64,000 bases of DNA from Sarea resinae (taxonomy: Eukaryota). Both the position numbers and the translations under genes were made by a program. The notes beneath the pieces are model-generated. The model was not told the origin of the DNA, made no database searches, and was given only the letters and a program-made list of their open reading frames with translations. Shown here in pieces: positions 1 to 13,052 of this stretch. The stretch spans positions 434,001-498,000 of the forward strand of contig JAPEUD010000007.1 in assembly GCA_026026165.1 (NCBI GenBank), in the 5' to 3' direction. The stretch's first letter is position 1. Every line of letters begins with the position of its first letter.

Positions 1-1591
1 GCCGACGACGACACCGTCCGAGTCTGGGACCTTCAAGACTCCGACTGGACAGCAATCATCAACAATGCCGCTGGAGGCTTCACCAAAGTCGCACATGTCT
101 CGTTTGGGAGTAGCGCCGGCTCGATCCTCACATTCTCGGAGTTCAATTTCAAAGTAACGGCCTGGCTGCTTGACACCGGCCGCAGTGTCGAGATCCGAGA
201 TCCCAAATTCACAACAGGCAAGGGTTATAGCTATCGGCCAGGCAGTGGGCACTTCGCTCTGCTGACGAGGCCTGCCGCCCACGATATCATCACCCTTCAC
301 GCGCCAGGCGATTATAAATTACTGAATAGCTTTCCGCTGGCTACGATTGATGCGCAGAAAGTGAAGTGGAGTCCTTGTGGACGATGGCTCGCTGTCTTGG
401 AATCTGCGGGTTGTGGATTTAGGGTAGTGGTATATACTGCGAACGGTCACTTGTATCGGACGTACGCCGGCGAAAATGAGAACGGAGTCGAGGGGTTAGG
501 AGCGAAGTCCTTTGAATGGAGTCCTAGGGGGGACCTCCTAGCCGTAGGCAACTATTCCAACCGCGTCACTCTTTTACGGAGTACTACCGTAAGCTCCCAC
601 ATGTGCCACTAATCTATAATCCGCGCTGACATCCCCCCGTCAAAATGCCCAGTTCTCAGCCTCGGTCTTCCTGGACCACACGCCAACAATAAAGCTACCC
701 CTGATAACAATATGGCAAGAATACATCTCAGCACTCAACGAGCATTCCTTCACTGCAGCGGCCCAGCCAACGTGTCCACCGACAGTGTCATCCCTACCAA
801 CCGACCCTAACCCGAAGATGGGCATCTCAACCATCGCTTTCAACAACCCGGACGGCGGCTACGTGGCTACTCGAGACGATTCCATGCCGACGACGGTGTG
901 GATCTGGACTCTAAAACAGTGTCCCAGACCATTTTCTATTCTCGTGCTCCACTCTCCAGTCCGAAGTCTTCAGTGGCATCCCTCGAGACCGGATCTCCTC
1001 ATGATCCAGACCGTCCACGACGAACGCATTGTATATGTCTGGAGTGCCGGATGTGAACAACCACGCATCATCAAATTTCCCATGGAGAACGAGAAAGTGA
1101 TAGGCAAGCATGAGGTCAGCTGGCTGAGAAGAGAAGGAAACACAAATGAACACAAAGCGGTGATCATGTCCGCGGACTCCCAGCACTACGTTCTTGGGAC
1201 TCTAGACTGTCCTCAAGCTCAAGCTGCAGCTACAGCTACGGCTACAATTACCGAGGACCCAGACCCCCGTCGCAACACCAGCGATGATGACAAAACAAGC
1301 AACAACACTGCTGCGTCCCACGTGCACGAGACTGCTCTCTTCCATACTCTAGCAGAGGACAATAATACCAGGCTGAAGGACAACTCCGAAGAAGAAGAAG
1401 AACTTCACAGATTCAGTCCCGCTTTCACCACCACCAACACCACCTCACCACCATCACCATCTCCCGCCCCGTCTCTTCCTCACTCCTCCGCCTCCTCCTC
1501 TTACGACCAAGAGGAAAGCACAGACGACGACACTTTCTACCACCGGCCTCTCCACCGGCAGCACCAGACACACATGACCACAACCACCTGA
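1..1591 (+). CDS. WD40-repeat protein, WDR8/WRAP73-like (5'-truncated by window edge)
   Basis: Frame 1 is open from base 1 (ADDDTVRVWDL...SVEIRDPKF...KWSPCGRWLAV...FEWSPRGDLLAVG). Intron 589-652 (GTAAGC, GCTGAC branch, CAG) joins in frame to ORF 785-1591 (YVATRDDSMPTTVWIW...LQWHP). Low-complexity C-terminal tail. Confidence 0.75.
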
Positions 1592-2632
1592 CACGTGACA
1601 CGACACCACAAAAACGAAACAGCCACAAAAAGGAAGAGAAAAACAGAGCAAGAATCCCAACAAGTAAACCGAACCTAGCCCTCCTCCGACTATCTCACCA
1701 GTCAAATCCACACAGCCAAGGAAGGGAAAAAAACTCCGTCAACTTTCCTCGACACACACTTCTAGCTGTACTCTCTCCTACTGCTTCCTCCCTGCCCCCG
1801 CGTTCGTCCGTCCGTCCGTTTGTCCGCTCGTTCGTTTTTCCACCCCCCCTTTTTTTTCTTCTCTCTCTCTCCCGATTCTCACAGGCCAACGAGCGACGAG
1901 CGACGAAAGACGAGGTTTCCGGGGGCCCGTCTACAGGGGATTGCTTGGCGTGTTTGGGCGTTTTTCTTTTGGGGGGAAAGGGGTTGTTCGGGTGGCGGTG
2001 TTCTGGTATCGGGGTTTCTTGGACCTGAGCAATCCATGAACGTGGACGTGGACGTACGTGTACGTGCACGTGTATGGCCAGCTGGTGGTGCTGGTGGTGG
2101 TGCGTGGTGGGCGGCTGTCTTCCGGACTCTCGGGCCAGGGGGCTAGATTGTGCTTGGTTAGTCAGGTGTGGGGTGGGATTCTTGGGGAAAGGATCGGGGT
2201 TGCGGAGGGAGGCAGGGGAGCGGGGGGGCGGGGCCGCGGGCGGGGATGGGCGTTCTTCTTGGCTATACTCTAGAGTAAGTTGGGAATTTTAGGGGGTTAA
2301 TTGTCATGGGACTTGTTATCTCCACACGCACAAGTATACAAGCACAAGCATACACACAAGCGCAAGCATACACGGTGATATCAGCTCGTGGAGGATGTAT
2401 AGGATGTATAGGACGTAGGGGATGCAGGGGACAGGTGATTACACACCTATTGGGTTTCTAACTGCGTTCGGTGTGTCCGAGGGATGTAGGGTATAGGGTA
2501 ATAGAGTGTAGGGTAGTAGGGTAGTAGGGTAGTGGTGTGTGTTATTGGCGGATTAAGGAAGAAGATAGGGAGACAGAGAGAAAGGAAGAGGGGAAAGGGG
2601 GTACAGAGAGGGAAGAAGAAAGGTAAGCTAGA

Positions 2633-2736
<104 letters not shown>

Positions 2737-5700
2737 TGTTCTCTTAGTATCTAGTCTCTACAATTAAGTGTTTACTGTTCTAGAAACACACACACATACT
2801 ACCTACACAACACAGTAAAATATCTACACAGTTCTCTTTCTTTCTTTCTATTCTTTCGTTCTTTTTTTCCCTTTACTATAAGCTGCTGCTCGTGACTAGG
2901 ATAACAAGCATATAAGTGTACTGCGCAGTAGGCCTTTTTTCAGTTGTGTTTTTTTATGTGCACGCTTAGGTGGATTTCTACCTATGTGAACACTTCTACC
3001 TATCTCTCGTCGAGTGGATACGGACGCGGATGACGGGCTGCAAGGCTCGATCGTAAGGCAGGGCAAGGAAGGCTAGGTACGGAGGTAGAGAAGTAGGGTG
3101 GTTCGATAGATACGAAGCGTACGCACTCTCACGAGCCCCGTACGACCTCATCGACTGCGCTATCCTGTATCTTAAATTGTCTCAGACTGAGCTTTTACAT
3201 ACCTTTGCTGCAGCTCAGCTTGATCGCTGTGGCAAGATAAGGTACCCGCAAGGTAGGTACGGTATGCTGGGCCCAACGAGCCGAGAGGAGACGAGACGAG
3301 ACGAGACGATCTTGCGAGGCAAGAACAGGGAAAGACAGAGGTACAGTGCAGCAGAGTAGAGAGATGTGGGTCGGTCGACGTAAGGCAAGGTCCCGTCATG
3401 ATAGAGAGGAGTGAGCGAACCGACGCCGTGGTTCTGGGAGCACTATCGAGCAAGGCGCTGGTGGATCACTGGGCATGGGAGTCGGGGACCGTGGATTTGG
3501 TTTGGATTCCGAGGATCTAGTGTCGTCTGGTTTGGTAAGTTACAGAGTACTGTATCGGTGGGGGTCCGGGTCTGGAGGATTGAGCGTTGGGGTATATTGC
3601 GGTGATGACGTGGAATGTTTGGGGCCTGTAGTTGCGTTTGTTGTGGTCGTTTCTTTGGGTGGTTGTTGTCGATGCTGTGCGTGTGCCTGCGTTCGTGGCT
3701 GGGATGAAGCTGGCTGAGCACTGTGTATGTGCAGAGTATTGTGCATGTGGGCGTTGGGCATCAATGACGAGGCAGGTAAGCTACTACTATATTCATTGCA
3801 TATCATAGATAAGGGAGACATGGAAGGTTTGAGTAACGAGATGGTCGCCTTGCGTAAGCTGAAGAGATTGAGGTGGTCAGCCTCTGAGAGAGGTCGACAA
3901 GAGGGCAGTGGTGTTCAGTGATGTCGAGATGGTTTTCCCGTACATTCTCCGGCTGATCGTGCGTGGGCCGCAAGGAGAAGGTAGACGCCGGGAAGGCAAG
4001 GTTACCTGACCTTTAGTGGACTCCTTGTTTCAGACCTCTCCCAAGTGAACTGGGGAGGTTTCGAGCTGCTGTATCTACGGCCGCCGATGGCACCGCCAAC
4101 CCGGGTTGGCGGGTCCGGCTCTATCCCGGAGCATGGAGCTGGTGGTCGTGAGTGGCCCGGAGGGCCAGAGAGGAGAGAGGAGAGCTATGTTTCCGAGCCC
4201 TTGGGCTGGAGAGGCGTTTCATGTGGATCGGCGGATCAGTGGATCAGGGCGGACGGGCGGGCGGGGCGTGGCAAGGAGCTAGGGAATCCTCCGCTGTGGT
4301 ATTACTACGGCCGAAGTACTTCGTACTCGTGCTACTCTACCAGCAGCTCGCGTCGTCTCAGCGTGCTGAGATGAGATGATGTCAACGGGCTCGTGCAAAT
4401 CGCGATGGATGAGAATTGGAAGCGCCCTTCGCAGTTCCTCGATATCCGAGGTTGCGAGGGCCAATGGAGATTGGAACATCTCTCGGCCGCATCGACCAAC
4501 GAGGCATCTCGTCGTCGTCGGCGAAGAGGGATCACGGGAGAATGAAGAGCGAGATGAGATCAACGCACACGAAGAGAGAAGAGAGAGGGCCCGGCACGGC
4601 CACATACGGCAGCAGCCGGTGCTCGTCTATCTTCCTCGACAGACGAGCGACGAGATGGACATGTCGAAGCGGTCGGATTGGTAATACCTTATTATTGCCA
4701 TGGATCCATGGGTCCCGTATCCTGCCTGGCTCTCACGCAGCCGTACGGATACTCGTACTCCACTACACACCGCTTCGATCCTGACCCCTGCCGTCCAGAC
4801 TACCACCCCTTGGCGCATCATACAATGATGCCGTACTACTCATAGTATGTGCATGGAGGCAGGCAACCTAATCGTCTACTACGTCGTAAGAGTGCAACTA
4901 CTATGGTACAGATATTACATAGTAGTCGTCTTCGTGACTCCGGTCCAGCAAGTACATAAGGTAGGGCAGGGACGGGACGTCGGCGCTGTCCGTCGCAGAT
5001 CCATCGAGCCCTAGTCAGGATCCCTTCACCGACGGACTCGACTTTAGGCTCTTTGAGGCCTCTTCGATGCCGCTGCGGACCAAGGGTGCTGAGACTCTAC
5101 TTCGTAGTAGTGGTCGATTCTGCCGACGGCTATCTGCCTCGACCGCGACTCGTCCTCGGTTTGGGTCACTAGGCTACTAGCGAATAGGCAATTCCAACCT
5201 CCTTGTCTGTCCGCACCCCTTGTCCGCCGTCCGCCTCTTCCAGTAAGGTATCTCACTCTCCTCTCTCTCTTTCTCTCGCCCTCCTGTGTGTGGTGTCGTG
5301 TATTCGTATCCTGCCGACTTACGACCTACCTGACCCTGACCCGACACCTTGCCCATCATATCCGCTGGCGGTTGCTGGCTGGCTCTGTCATCGGCTCGGC
5401 CAGCAGCATCCTTGCCGTCCTCTGCCCTCCACTGGCGTTCCCTTCCCGATCCAGCAAGAACGGTCGCTTCCATTCCATCGTTGCTCGCTCGTCTTAGGGG
5501 CTCGGGCGCGATACTACACTCTACTCCCTACTCTGTACTCGTATCTCGTTTACCTTCCATGCTCGCCGTCGCCTTTGGTGCCCAGGTGTACTGTCCCCCG
5601 TACTCTACAGTATTCGTACTCCGTACCTGACTGACTACCTACCTTACCTGTACTGCCCTGCTCGGCATTCGCTGCTCACACACACTCCAGCACGAGTTAC

Positions 5701-5855
5701 CACAAGGGCTATTGGAAGTCCACAAGTCCGGGGAGACTTGTCATCTGTAGCCACACAGACCAAAGGCGAACGACAAACGATACACACAGCCTGTGCGCCG
5801 CCGCCGCCGCCGCGCATCGCACCCTGCTGCACCGAACATCAGTCTCCATTCCCAT

Positions 5856-5880
5856 CCCCCCCCCCCCCCCCCCCCCCCCC
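5856..5880. repeat. poly-C tract (25 nt) upstream of gtr2
   Basis: Homopolymer visible directly in the sequence. Confidence 0.95.
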
Positions 5881-6058
5881 GTAGCTGCCCGACATTACAG
5901 TAGCACTAGGCCGATTGTCCTCGGCCGGAGAGGAGGAGGAGGAGGAGCAGCAGCAGCTGGACGGAGGAGGAAGACGAGGAGGACGGACCAGCTACCACGG
6001 GCCATACGCGTGGCAAGGGGCTCCGTCGCTTCCATTCCGTTCCTTGCGGACAGCAATC

Positions 6059-8193
6059 ATGGAGGTATGAGATCACACCTAATTCCAATTTTCATTGTTA
6101 TTACTATCATCTCCCTCCTTGCACCCTTCCTGCCCTCTGCTTGTCTGCTTGTCTGCTACTTGCCTACTGCCCTCTTCTTGCTGTGTGCAATCAATCCCTC
6201 GTTCTCATCAAACACCGCAGACGCAATGCCGTGCTTCTCTGTTCGCCAAGAGTTTACCTTCCTGCAGCTGTGTGTTGCCTCACTTGTGGTCATCCCAAGA
6301 TAGCACTCGGCGTCGTTTCTTGCGATGTGATATGTCCAGCAGCCCTGCTCTTTATTATATGCGACACCTCTGCTGTCGCTCCTCGTCACGCCAGTATTCC
6401 TACATTTTAGATTCCTGTCGAAATCCTCTTCTTGTGTTGAGTCGATAGAGTTTCCTTTGTTGTGCCGTACAACCCATCATTTGCTGCGGATCTGCCTGTT
6501 CGATGTTGAGATTATCTCGTTTTCGCACTTGTTTTGGGCGGGACTGCACCTTTCCGCTTGTACGCTGAGGGCAAGATCTGCTATGTATCCGTCGAGGGAG
6601 TTTTGCTTCCTGTCTCGTTCGATCCCAGTTTGCGGTGACCACGATCTGGATAAGCAGCAGTCTGTATGATTGTTTGATTTGCTCTGCATCAAAGAAGCGT
6701 TATCTCTTGGTGAATGATCTTTGAACTACGTTATCTGCCCAGCTGCACTTTCAATCTCTTTGTGTGCTTCTATCATCTCTCTATACTCTCCTTGCGGTCC
6801 ACCTTCGCTTCATACTAGCGCACTTCGACTGCTTCTTGCGCAAACGTCTTTGATAGCGGACATGCCTCCGTCATACTTGACCACTCCCACGCCGCGGCAT
6901 TCGGCTAAGTCCGCCGATGAGCCGCGGGGTGGACGATGGAGATATCAGACACCGGCATCGTTAACACTTGAACGATATTTTCAGGACCTTCATCATGCCG
7001 AAACACCTGCGAGTCCTTCTCGACCGCAATTCCACACTGGGCGCCTACCGAATAGCAAGCTCGGAGATTCGAAACCGCGATTACTACTGATGGGTCAGAG
7101 AAGGTTTGTTCCGTGCATTCGGATTACCATGATTTGGCTAATAGGGAGCCCCAAAGGAGCGGAAAGTCTTCGATATCTAGCGTCGTCTTCCACAAGATGC
7201 CGCCAACCGAGACGCTTTTTCTCGAGTCAACAGCCCGCATCCAGAAAGACTCGATGCAGTATGTTATCATCGCGCTCCTGTTCTCCACCGCCTAACAAGA
7301 AATGCAGCTCCTTCATGGACTTTCAGGTCTGGGACCTTCCCGGACAGCTCGACTTTCTCGATCCGGCTTTTGATGTGGACAACATCTTCGGTGAGATCGG
7401 TGCCCTCATATGGGTCATCGACGCGCAAGATGAGTATCTGGACGCCATTAACCGGCTCAATACTACGATCCTCAATCTACAGAGGTCTTATCCGAACATC
7501 AACATCGAAGTGTTCATCCACAAAGTCGACGGGCTATCAGAAGATTACAAAGCCGACACTTTTCGCGATATCATCCAGCGCATACAGGACGAACTCTCAG
7601 ATGCTGGATACGAGAACGTGCCGGTCAACTTCTACCAGACGAGCATCTACGACCACTCCATCTTTGAGGCTTTCAGCAAAGTCATCCAAAAACTCATCCC
7701 GCAATTGCCGACGCTCGAGAGTCTGCTCAACAGTCTATGCAACAATTGCCGAATCGAAAAGGCCTACCTTTTTGACGTGTTGAGCAAGATCTATATCGCG
7801 ACCGATACGACGCCTTCGGACATCTCGAGCTATGAGATCTGCTCCGATTATATCGATGTCATCGTTGATGTGAGCGAGATCTATGGGTGGGATCGGCCGG
7901 GTAAGATCGAGAACGGTGAAGCTGAAGAGGAGGAAGACGAGGATGAGGAACTGCAGAACGCGGATGCGGAGAGCATCATCACCTTGCAGAATGATAGTTA
8001 TATCTATCTCCGCGAGATCAACAAGTAGGTCTTTCCTTTCTTGTGCATAGCAGATTTACTAAATTACGCCCCGTAACGCAGATATCTGGCACTGATATGT
8101 CTGATGAAAGAAGATTCGAGGGGGAAAAAGGGCTTGATTGACTACAATGTCGGCATTTTCCAAGATGCTCTCGCCCAAGTCTTGTCGAGGTGA
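6059..8193 (+). CDS. gtr2: Rag GTPase Gtr2 (RagC/D), TORC1 activator
   Basis: Exons 6059-6064 (ATG GAG, inferred), 6985-7103, 7157-7258, 7308-8024, 8082-8193 give 351 aa. Splicing restores the P-loop [34 protein letters not shown] and [15 protein letters not shown]. An alternative in-frame ATG lies at 6862. Confidence 0.93.
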
Positions 8194-9010
8194 ACAATCA
8201 GTGACTGGTAGCTCAAGGATGAATGGTGTTGCTAGGATTCGCTTTATTTGTGGTTTGGAAGTCAGCGGCGGTCGTAGTGTAGACGTTTGCTACCATAGAC
8301 AATAATCAATCGCGCTTACTTCTCTCTACGAATCGGTCAGGACAATTGAAACGCGTAAATTGGTGGCCTGCGTGGTGTTTTGCTCGACTGCCTCGAGGAT
8401 GCCAACCCTGACTTTGCTGGCAGATGCATGTCGTTGTTTCTGGCTGGCAGGCTGGCGTCAGACCCCAGGCGACGATCACGACAAGCTCCCGCGCGCGACC
8501 GCCACACGACTAACAGCCTGGAACCTCAGCGGCTTTTCGTCACCCCACACCACGTCCTAATTCACTCAACACCAAGCCACTCCCTCTTCTCCTTTCTTCC
8601 TTTGTCTCCCCACCAGTGTTATCGCTCCCCTAATCAAGCCTTGAAATGGATTTTCTTGTTCTCTAGTAATCTTCACACTTATCATTTCCATACCAATAAT
8701 CTCTACTTGACATTTTCGGTTGCGAGTCCAGATTAGCTCTCCCGCGTGCGGCTCAGCCATTTCGAACGAGATCTTGCCCGCATTGATTGAGTGGGCTGAG
8801 GTTTTGCACCCTTTGAGCGAAGGGACATGTGCTTATAGCATTGGCATTGGCATTGGCATTAGCATCGGCATCAGCATCAATCTTCACATCGGCATCAACA
8901 CACATCAAAACCAGCTCAGAGCTGCTGCCCGCCAGCTCATCTCACCCCATCCCAGCTCCAACCAAGTTATTCCAATCGACTCCACCCTACTCCCCTAAGC
9001 AAAACTCGCC

Positions 9011-10197
9011 ATGGCCACCATATCCTCCTCGGAACAACAGCCATTGAATGGAACCAACAGCGCGCGCCTCCGCAAGCAGCACCTCGGCCTGCCCCTCACA
9101 GGAACCACAGCCATGACACCCGGCCCCGCCGTCTTCGATTCGTCAGACCTGACCTCGTCGTCGTCATCGTCCTCGCTATCGTCGTCCAACGCCCAGGGAG
9201 ATGGCCTGACGCCATCGGCATCATCGTCCTCGACCAAACGCTCCCATGGCCGCCGCCGCAGCAGCAGTGCCGCGAAGAGCTCGAGCTCGAGCTCGAGGAA
9301 GAACAAGACGCACCACCCCCCGCCGCATGGCTTCGGCGCGAAGAAGGGCTCCAAGGCCGCCGCCGACTCGGAAGACGAGACGAGCGTGACGATGCTCGAT
9401 ATCGTGCGTTTGGTAGTGGGCCTGGTGTTGCTGTCGACCGTGCTGAGTTATTTCGTCACGTCTGGCACGAGTTTCGTGTGGGGGGTCAAGAGACCGTGGT
9501 GGGCCAAACCAGCACAGCTCCAGGCATATATTGTAAAGCTCTCTCCCCTGACCCTCCCTCTTGATCCCCATCCTCTCGTTTCCCTCTCCCTCTATCGCCT
9601 CCCTCACAACCGCGGCCCGAGCAAAAGTACCAGCCGAAGCTAACATTACCTTTCCCCCAACCCAAACAGAACGGACCCATCGCCCTGACGCCCGATCAGC
9701 TCTCCCAATACAACGGCACCGACCCGACGCTGCCGATCTACATCTCGCTCAACAGCACCATCTACGACGTCAGCGCATCGCCGCACATCTACGGGCCCGG
9801 CGGCATGTACGGCTTCTTCAGCGGGCGCGACGCGACGCGGGCGTTTGTGACGGGCTGTTTCCGGGAGGACATCACGGCCGACGTGCGCGGGGTCGAGGAC
9901 ATGTTCTTGCCGCTGTACGTCGACGACGACGGCAAGCCCGTGCCCGATGACGAGATCGTCTTCTCGGAGAAGGCGCTCCAGGACGCCCACGCCAAGGTCC
10001 ACAAGGCCATCGCGGGCTGGCAGCGCTTCTTCGAGAACAGCCCGAAGTACTTCCGGGTTGGGTGGCTGGTGCTCGAGGACGGCTGGCTGGAGAAGCTGCC
10101 GCGGCGGCCGCTGTGTGAGGCTGCGCAGCGGGATCGGCCGACGAGGAAGAGAGGTGGTGCTGCTAAGGGCAAGGGGAAGGGCAAGGGGCAAGGGTAA
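9011..10197 (+). CDS. Cytochrome b5-like heme/steroid-binding domain membrane protein (MAPR family)
   Basis: Exons 9011-9532 and 9670-10197 (GTAAAG...GCTAAC...CAG). One TM segment (IVRLVVGLVLLSTVLSYFV) followed by LSQYNGTDPTLPIYISLNSTIYDVS...YGPGGMYGFFSGRDATRAFVTGCF. Confidence 0.88.
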
Positions 10198-10690
10198 AGG
10201 CCAGTAGATGCCGGCTGGCTATGTGACTGCGAGTGCATGACAAGCTGTCGAGGGACTCCCATTATACCTGCACACAGAGAGATACACGTCGATGGCCTTC
10301 GGCGTCGAAGTAGAAGGAACAGGCGATTTCAGTGTTTTGTGTCTGATGTCTGTGGTACCCGTGTAACCTGTGTCCACGGCACTGGTATATAGCATCGACA
10401 TCGGTGTCAAGCAGCAGCTCTCACAGTACAGCATTGCAGATGATACGTAGGTACCGTACTTGGAAGAAAGGATAACGCGATGAATGACGGAAAGAGAGAG
10501 AGGAGAAAAGAGCAAAGCGGAAATAGCAAGGGCAAAGGAAAAGAGAAAGGGAAAGACAAATGCATAGGGAAAGGGAAAGGGAAAGGGCGGGGGCGGACGA
10601 CTCAGGATATATATACATAACTCACTCCTAATAGCTAATTCAATCAAATTCGATACAATCTACTACTACAAATACTCTACCTTACCTGCC

Positions 10691-10693
<3 letters not shown>

Positions 10694-10745
<52 letters not shown>
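10694..10745. repeat. (CT)n microsatellite flanked by other simple repeats (CTTCTA, AGTAA, GAGAA, ACAGAGC) to about 11215
   Basis: Visible directly in the sequence. Confidence 0.95.
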
Positions 10746-10748
<3 letters not shown>

Positions 10749-11512
10749 TCTCTCTTCCTCTATCTTTCTCTACTTCTTCTACTTCTTCTACTTCTTCTAC
10801 TCTCTCTTACTTACTTACCTGCTTACTTGCTTATTTCTATCAGTCTATTCTATAGAAGGGTAGACTAGACTAAAGTAAACTCAAGTAAAGTAAAGTAGAG
10901 TTAAGTAAAGTAGTAAGTTAGTAAAGAAGAGAGAAGTAAAGTAGAGTTAAATAAAGGAGTAAAGTAGTAAAGAAGAGAGAAGAGAAGAGAAGAGAAGAGA
11001 AGAAAACTACATCACCTCATCTCTTATTACTTTAATAGTTGAATGCACATTGTACGTTATAGACGTTATACTCCTCTATAGTTTCTTATATTCCAAGGTT
11101 GAAAGGGTTAAGGGTGAAGGAGTAAAGAATGAGGAATTACGAGGCATAAGGGATAATGGCTTAGACACAGAGTAGAGTACAGAGTACAGAGCACAGAGCA
11201 CAGAGCACAGAGCACAAACATAGAGGACCAATCGAAGCCGATGATATTGAATCTACGCTGCAAGTCTACATTGCATCTATCTAATCGGATGCATCATTCG
11301 GGTGTATCCCGGTGTATCCCATTGCTGCCACGCAGACAAGCAACTTGGATAGATAGATAGATCAGACACCATCGACAGCGATCGGACACCTCACCACCCC
11401 TACACCCTATAACCTTGTCTCTCGCGCGTGGAAAAAGGCAAGGCACCCAAAGACGTTGTGATCAGGAAACTCATGATTGAAAAGCGTAGCGTAAGGAAAG
11501 CAAAGAGATCAT

Positions 11513-12455
11513 CTACTCGGTGGCGCCAACGGCACGAGCTGTAGCGAGATACGTTAGCCATCAAAGATCCCCTTTCTCCGTGGGTGCGTGTCCCCTGGTG
11601 ATGTGATAGACAGGAGAGAAGCGTGACGTACTATAGATCTTCATCTTGCTGTGTCCCACGACCTGCTTGATCGTTCCCTTCTCCTCGAGATCCTTGAGGG
11701 CGGACCGGGCGAGCGAGCCGTTGATCTTCAAACGATCGACGAGCGTGGCTACGGTGATGAGGCGGTACGATTGCACATCCTTGTTGAGGCGGTCCGCGGT
11801 CGACTTGTCGAGGATGACGGCGTGGTTGGCCTTGTCCTTGACTGGTTTGGTTGTCAGTATTGCAGCTTGATATAGAAGCCAACGTGGAGGCGACAGTGAT
11901 GTGCGGCCGATGAAGTCGGCGTAGGTAAATGAGAGCGAGGAGTGTGCGGGGGAACGTCTGGATGGAAAATAGGATGGACGTGAGAGTACTGACCCTTGCC
12001 CTTTGACCACTTCTTCTTTTGCTTCTTGCCGCCGGCGCTTGCTGCGGGTGCCTATAGAGGGAACAAAATGTCAGTCATCAACTTCTTGCGCGGTTTGTTC
12101 TTGCTTGCGTCTGTCTGTCCGTCCGTTGGCTTGTCGATCCATTCGCGGGGTTTCATCCTCTGTTGCACTCTTTTCCATCGGCCATCGCCCCATCATCCAC
12201 CGTTCGTCGAATGAACCCGTGTTGTTTGGATAGTTGCGTTTTCGAGGAGCGCATTCCGATGCAAGTCACTCAATCTGATCGCCATCACCCCGAAGCCCAC
12301 GATGCCTGCCGTCAAGCCCTCAAGCACATTCTCAAGCCCTGACGCAAAGCCATTTGACGAATGGACCCCACGCTCAGTCCCCCAACTATTCTCTTAAATT
12401 CCCCATTTCCCGGAACCAAGGTAACCCACAGAATAGAAAAAGAAGAACTTACCAT
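11513..12455 (-). CDS. rps25: 40S ribosomal protein S25 (eS25)
   Basis: Exons 12453-12455 (ATG only), 11994-12051, 11632-11841, 11513-11538 give 98 aa: [33 protein letters not shown]...YRLITVATLVDRLKINGSLAR...IYTRAVGATE. Confidence 0.97.
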
Positions 12456-13052
12456 ATTGAAGGATCTGTCGTCGTTGATGGATTGTCGTCGGATCGATCA
12501 AGAAACAGTAAGAAAGATCGCGAGACTTTGTGACGGCTATTCGTTTCGCTCTCGGTGGGGGAGCGAGTTGATGAGTCAGCTAGCTGTTCGTGTGGCAGTC
12601 GTGGGCGGAATTTTCGTTGTGTGCGGGTCGGTGTGGGCTTGAGCCCGAATAAGCGAGACAGAGGGAGAGGCTGATTCGGAAGGCGAGAGGAACCCGGTGT
12701 GCGTTATGGCATGGACTCTATGGAAAGCTGCGAGCCTTTGAAGAGGGCAATAACAATAATGGGATGGGTAGAACCGCACGCTGTGACTGCAGATCCTGCG
12801 AACTCGGACCCGATCATGATGCCTTTCCAAGTAGACTTCAACGAGGATTTCAATTCTCAGTGCATGGTAACCTCGACACTAATACAGTGACAATATCATA
12901 GTCGTGGGAGATCGCCTTGATGCTCCCCCTATGCAAACAGCTCGTAGATCAGACGTTCTGGTTGCCATTGAGAGCGAGAGCCATGATGCAGATACGGATC
13001 GTTTCCCTTTTCTACCAGGCTTCCAAGGAGAGCAGCTCTCTGTAATTCTGCA

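Noticed and set aside
6643..6660. GATCTGGATAA in the gtr2 intron resembles the P4/P5 region of fungal TPP riboswitches
   Set aside because: The complementary CCAGCG strand and a properly spaced CTGAGA element are missing, and the host gene is unrelated to thiamine.
9646..10262. Long antisense ORFs opposite GC-rich genes (also at 38164-39074, 52859-54566 and 56070-56885)
   Set aside because: They are shadows of codon bias in the real genes on the other strand.
12052..12452. snoRNA in the 401-nt first intron of rps25
   Set aside because: The only TGATGA overlaps the branch-point region, and no convincing C/D or H/ACA pair was seen by eye. An Infernal scan would be needed.
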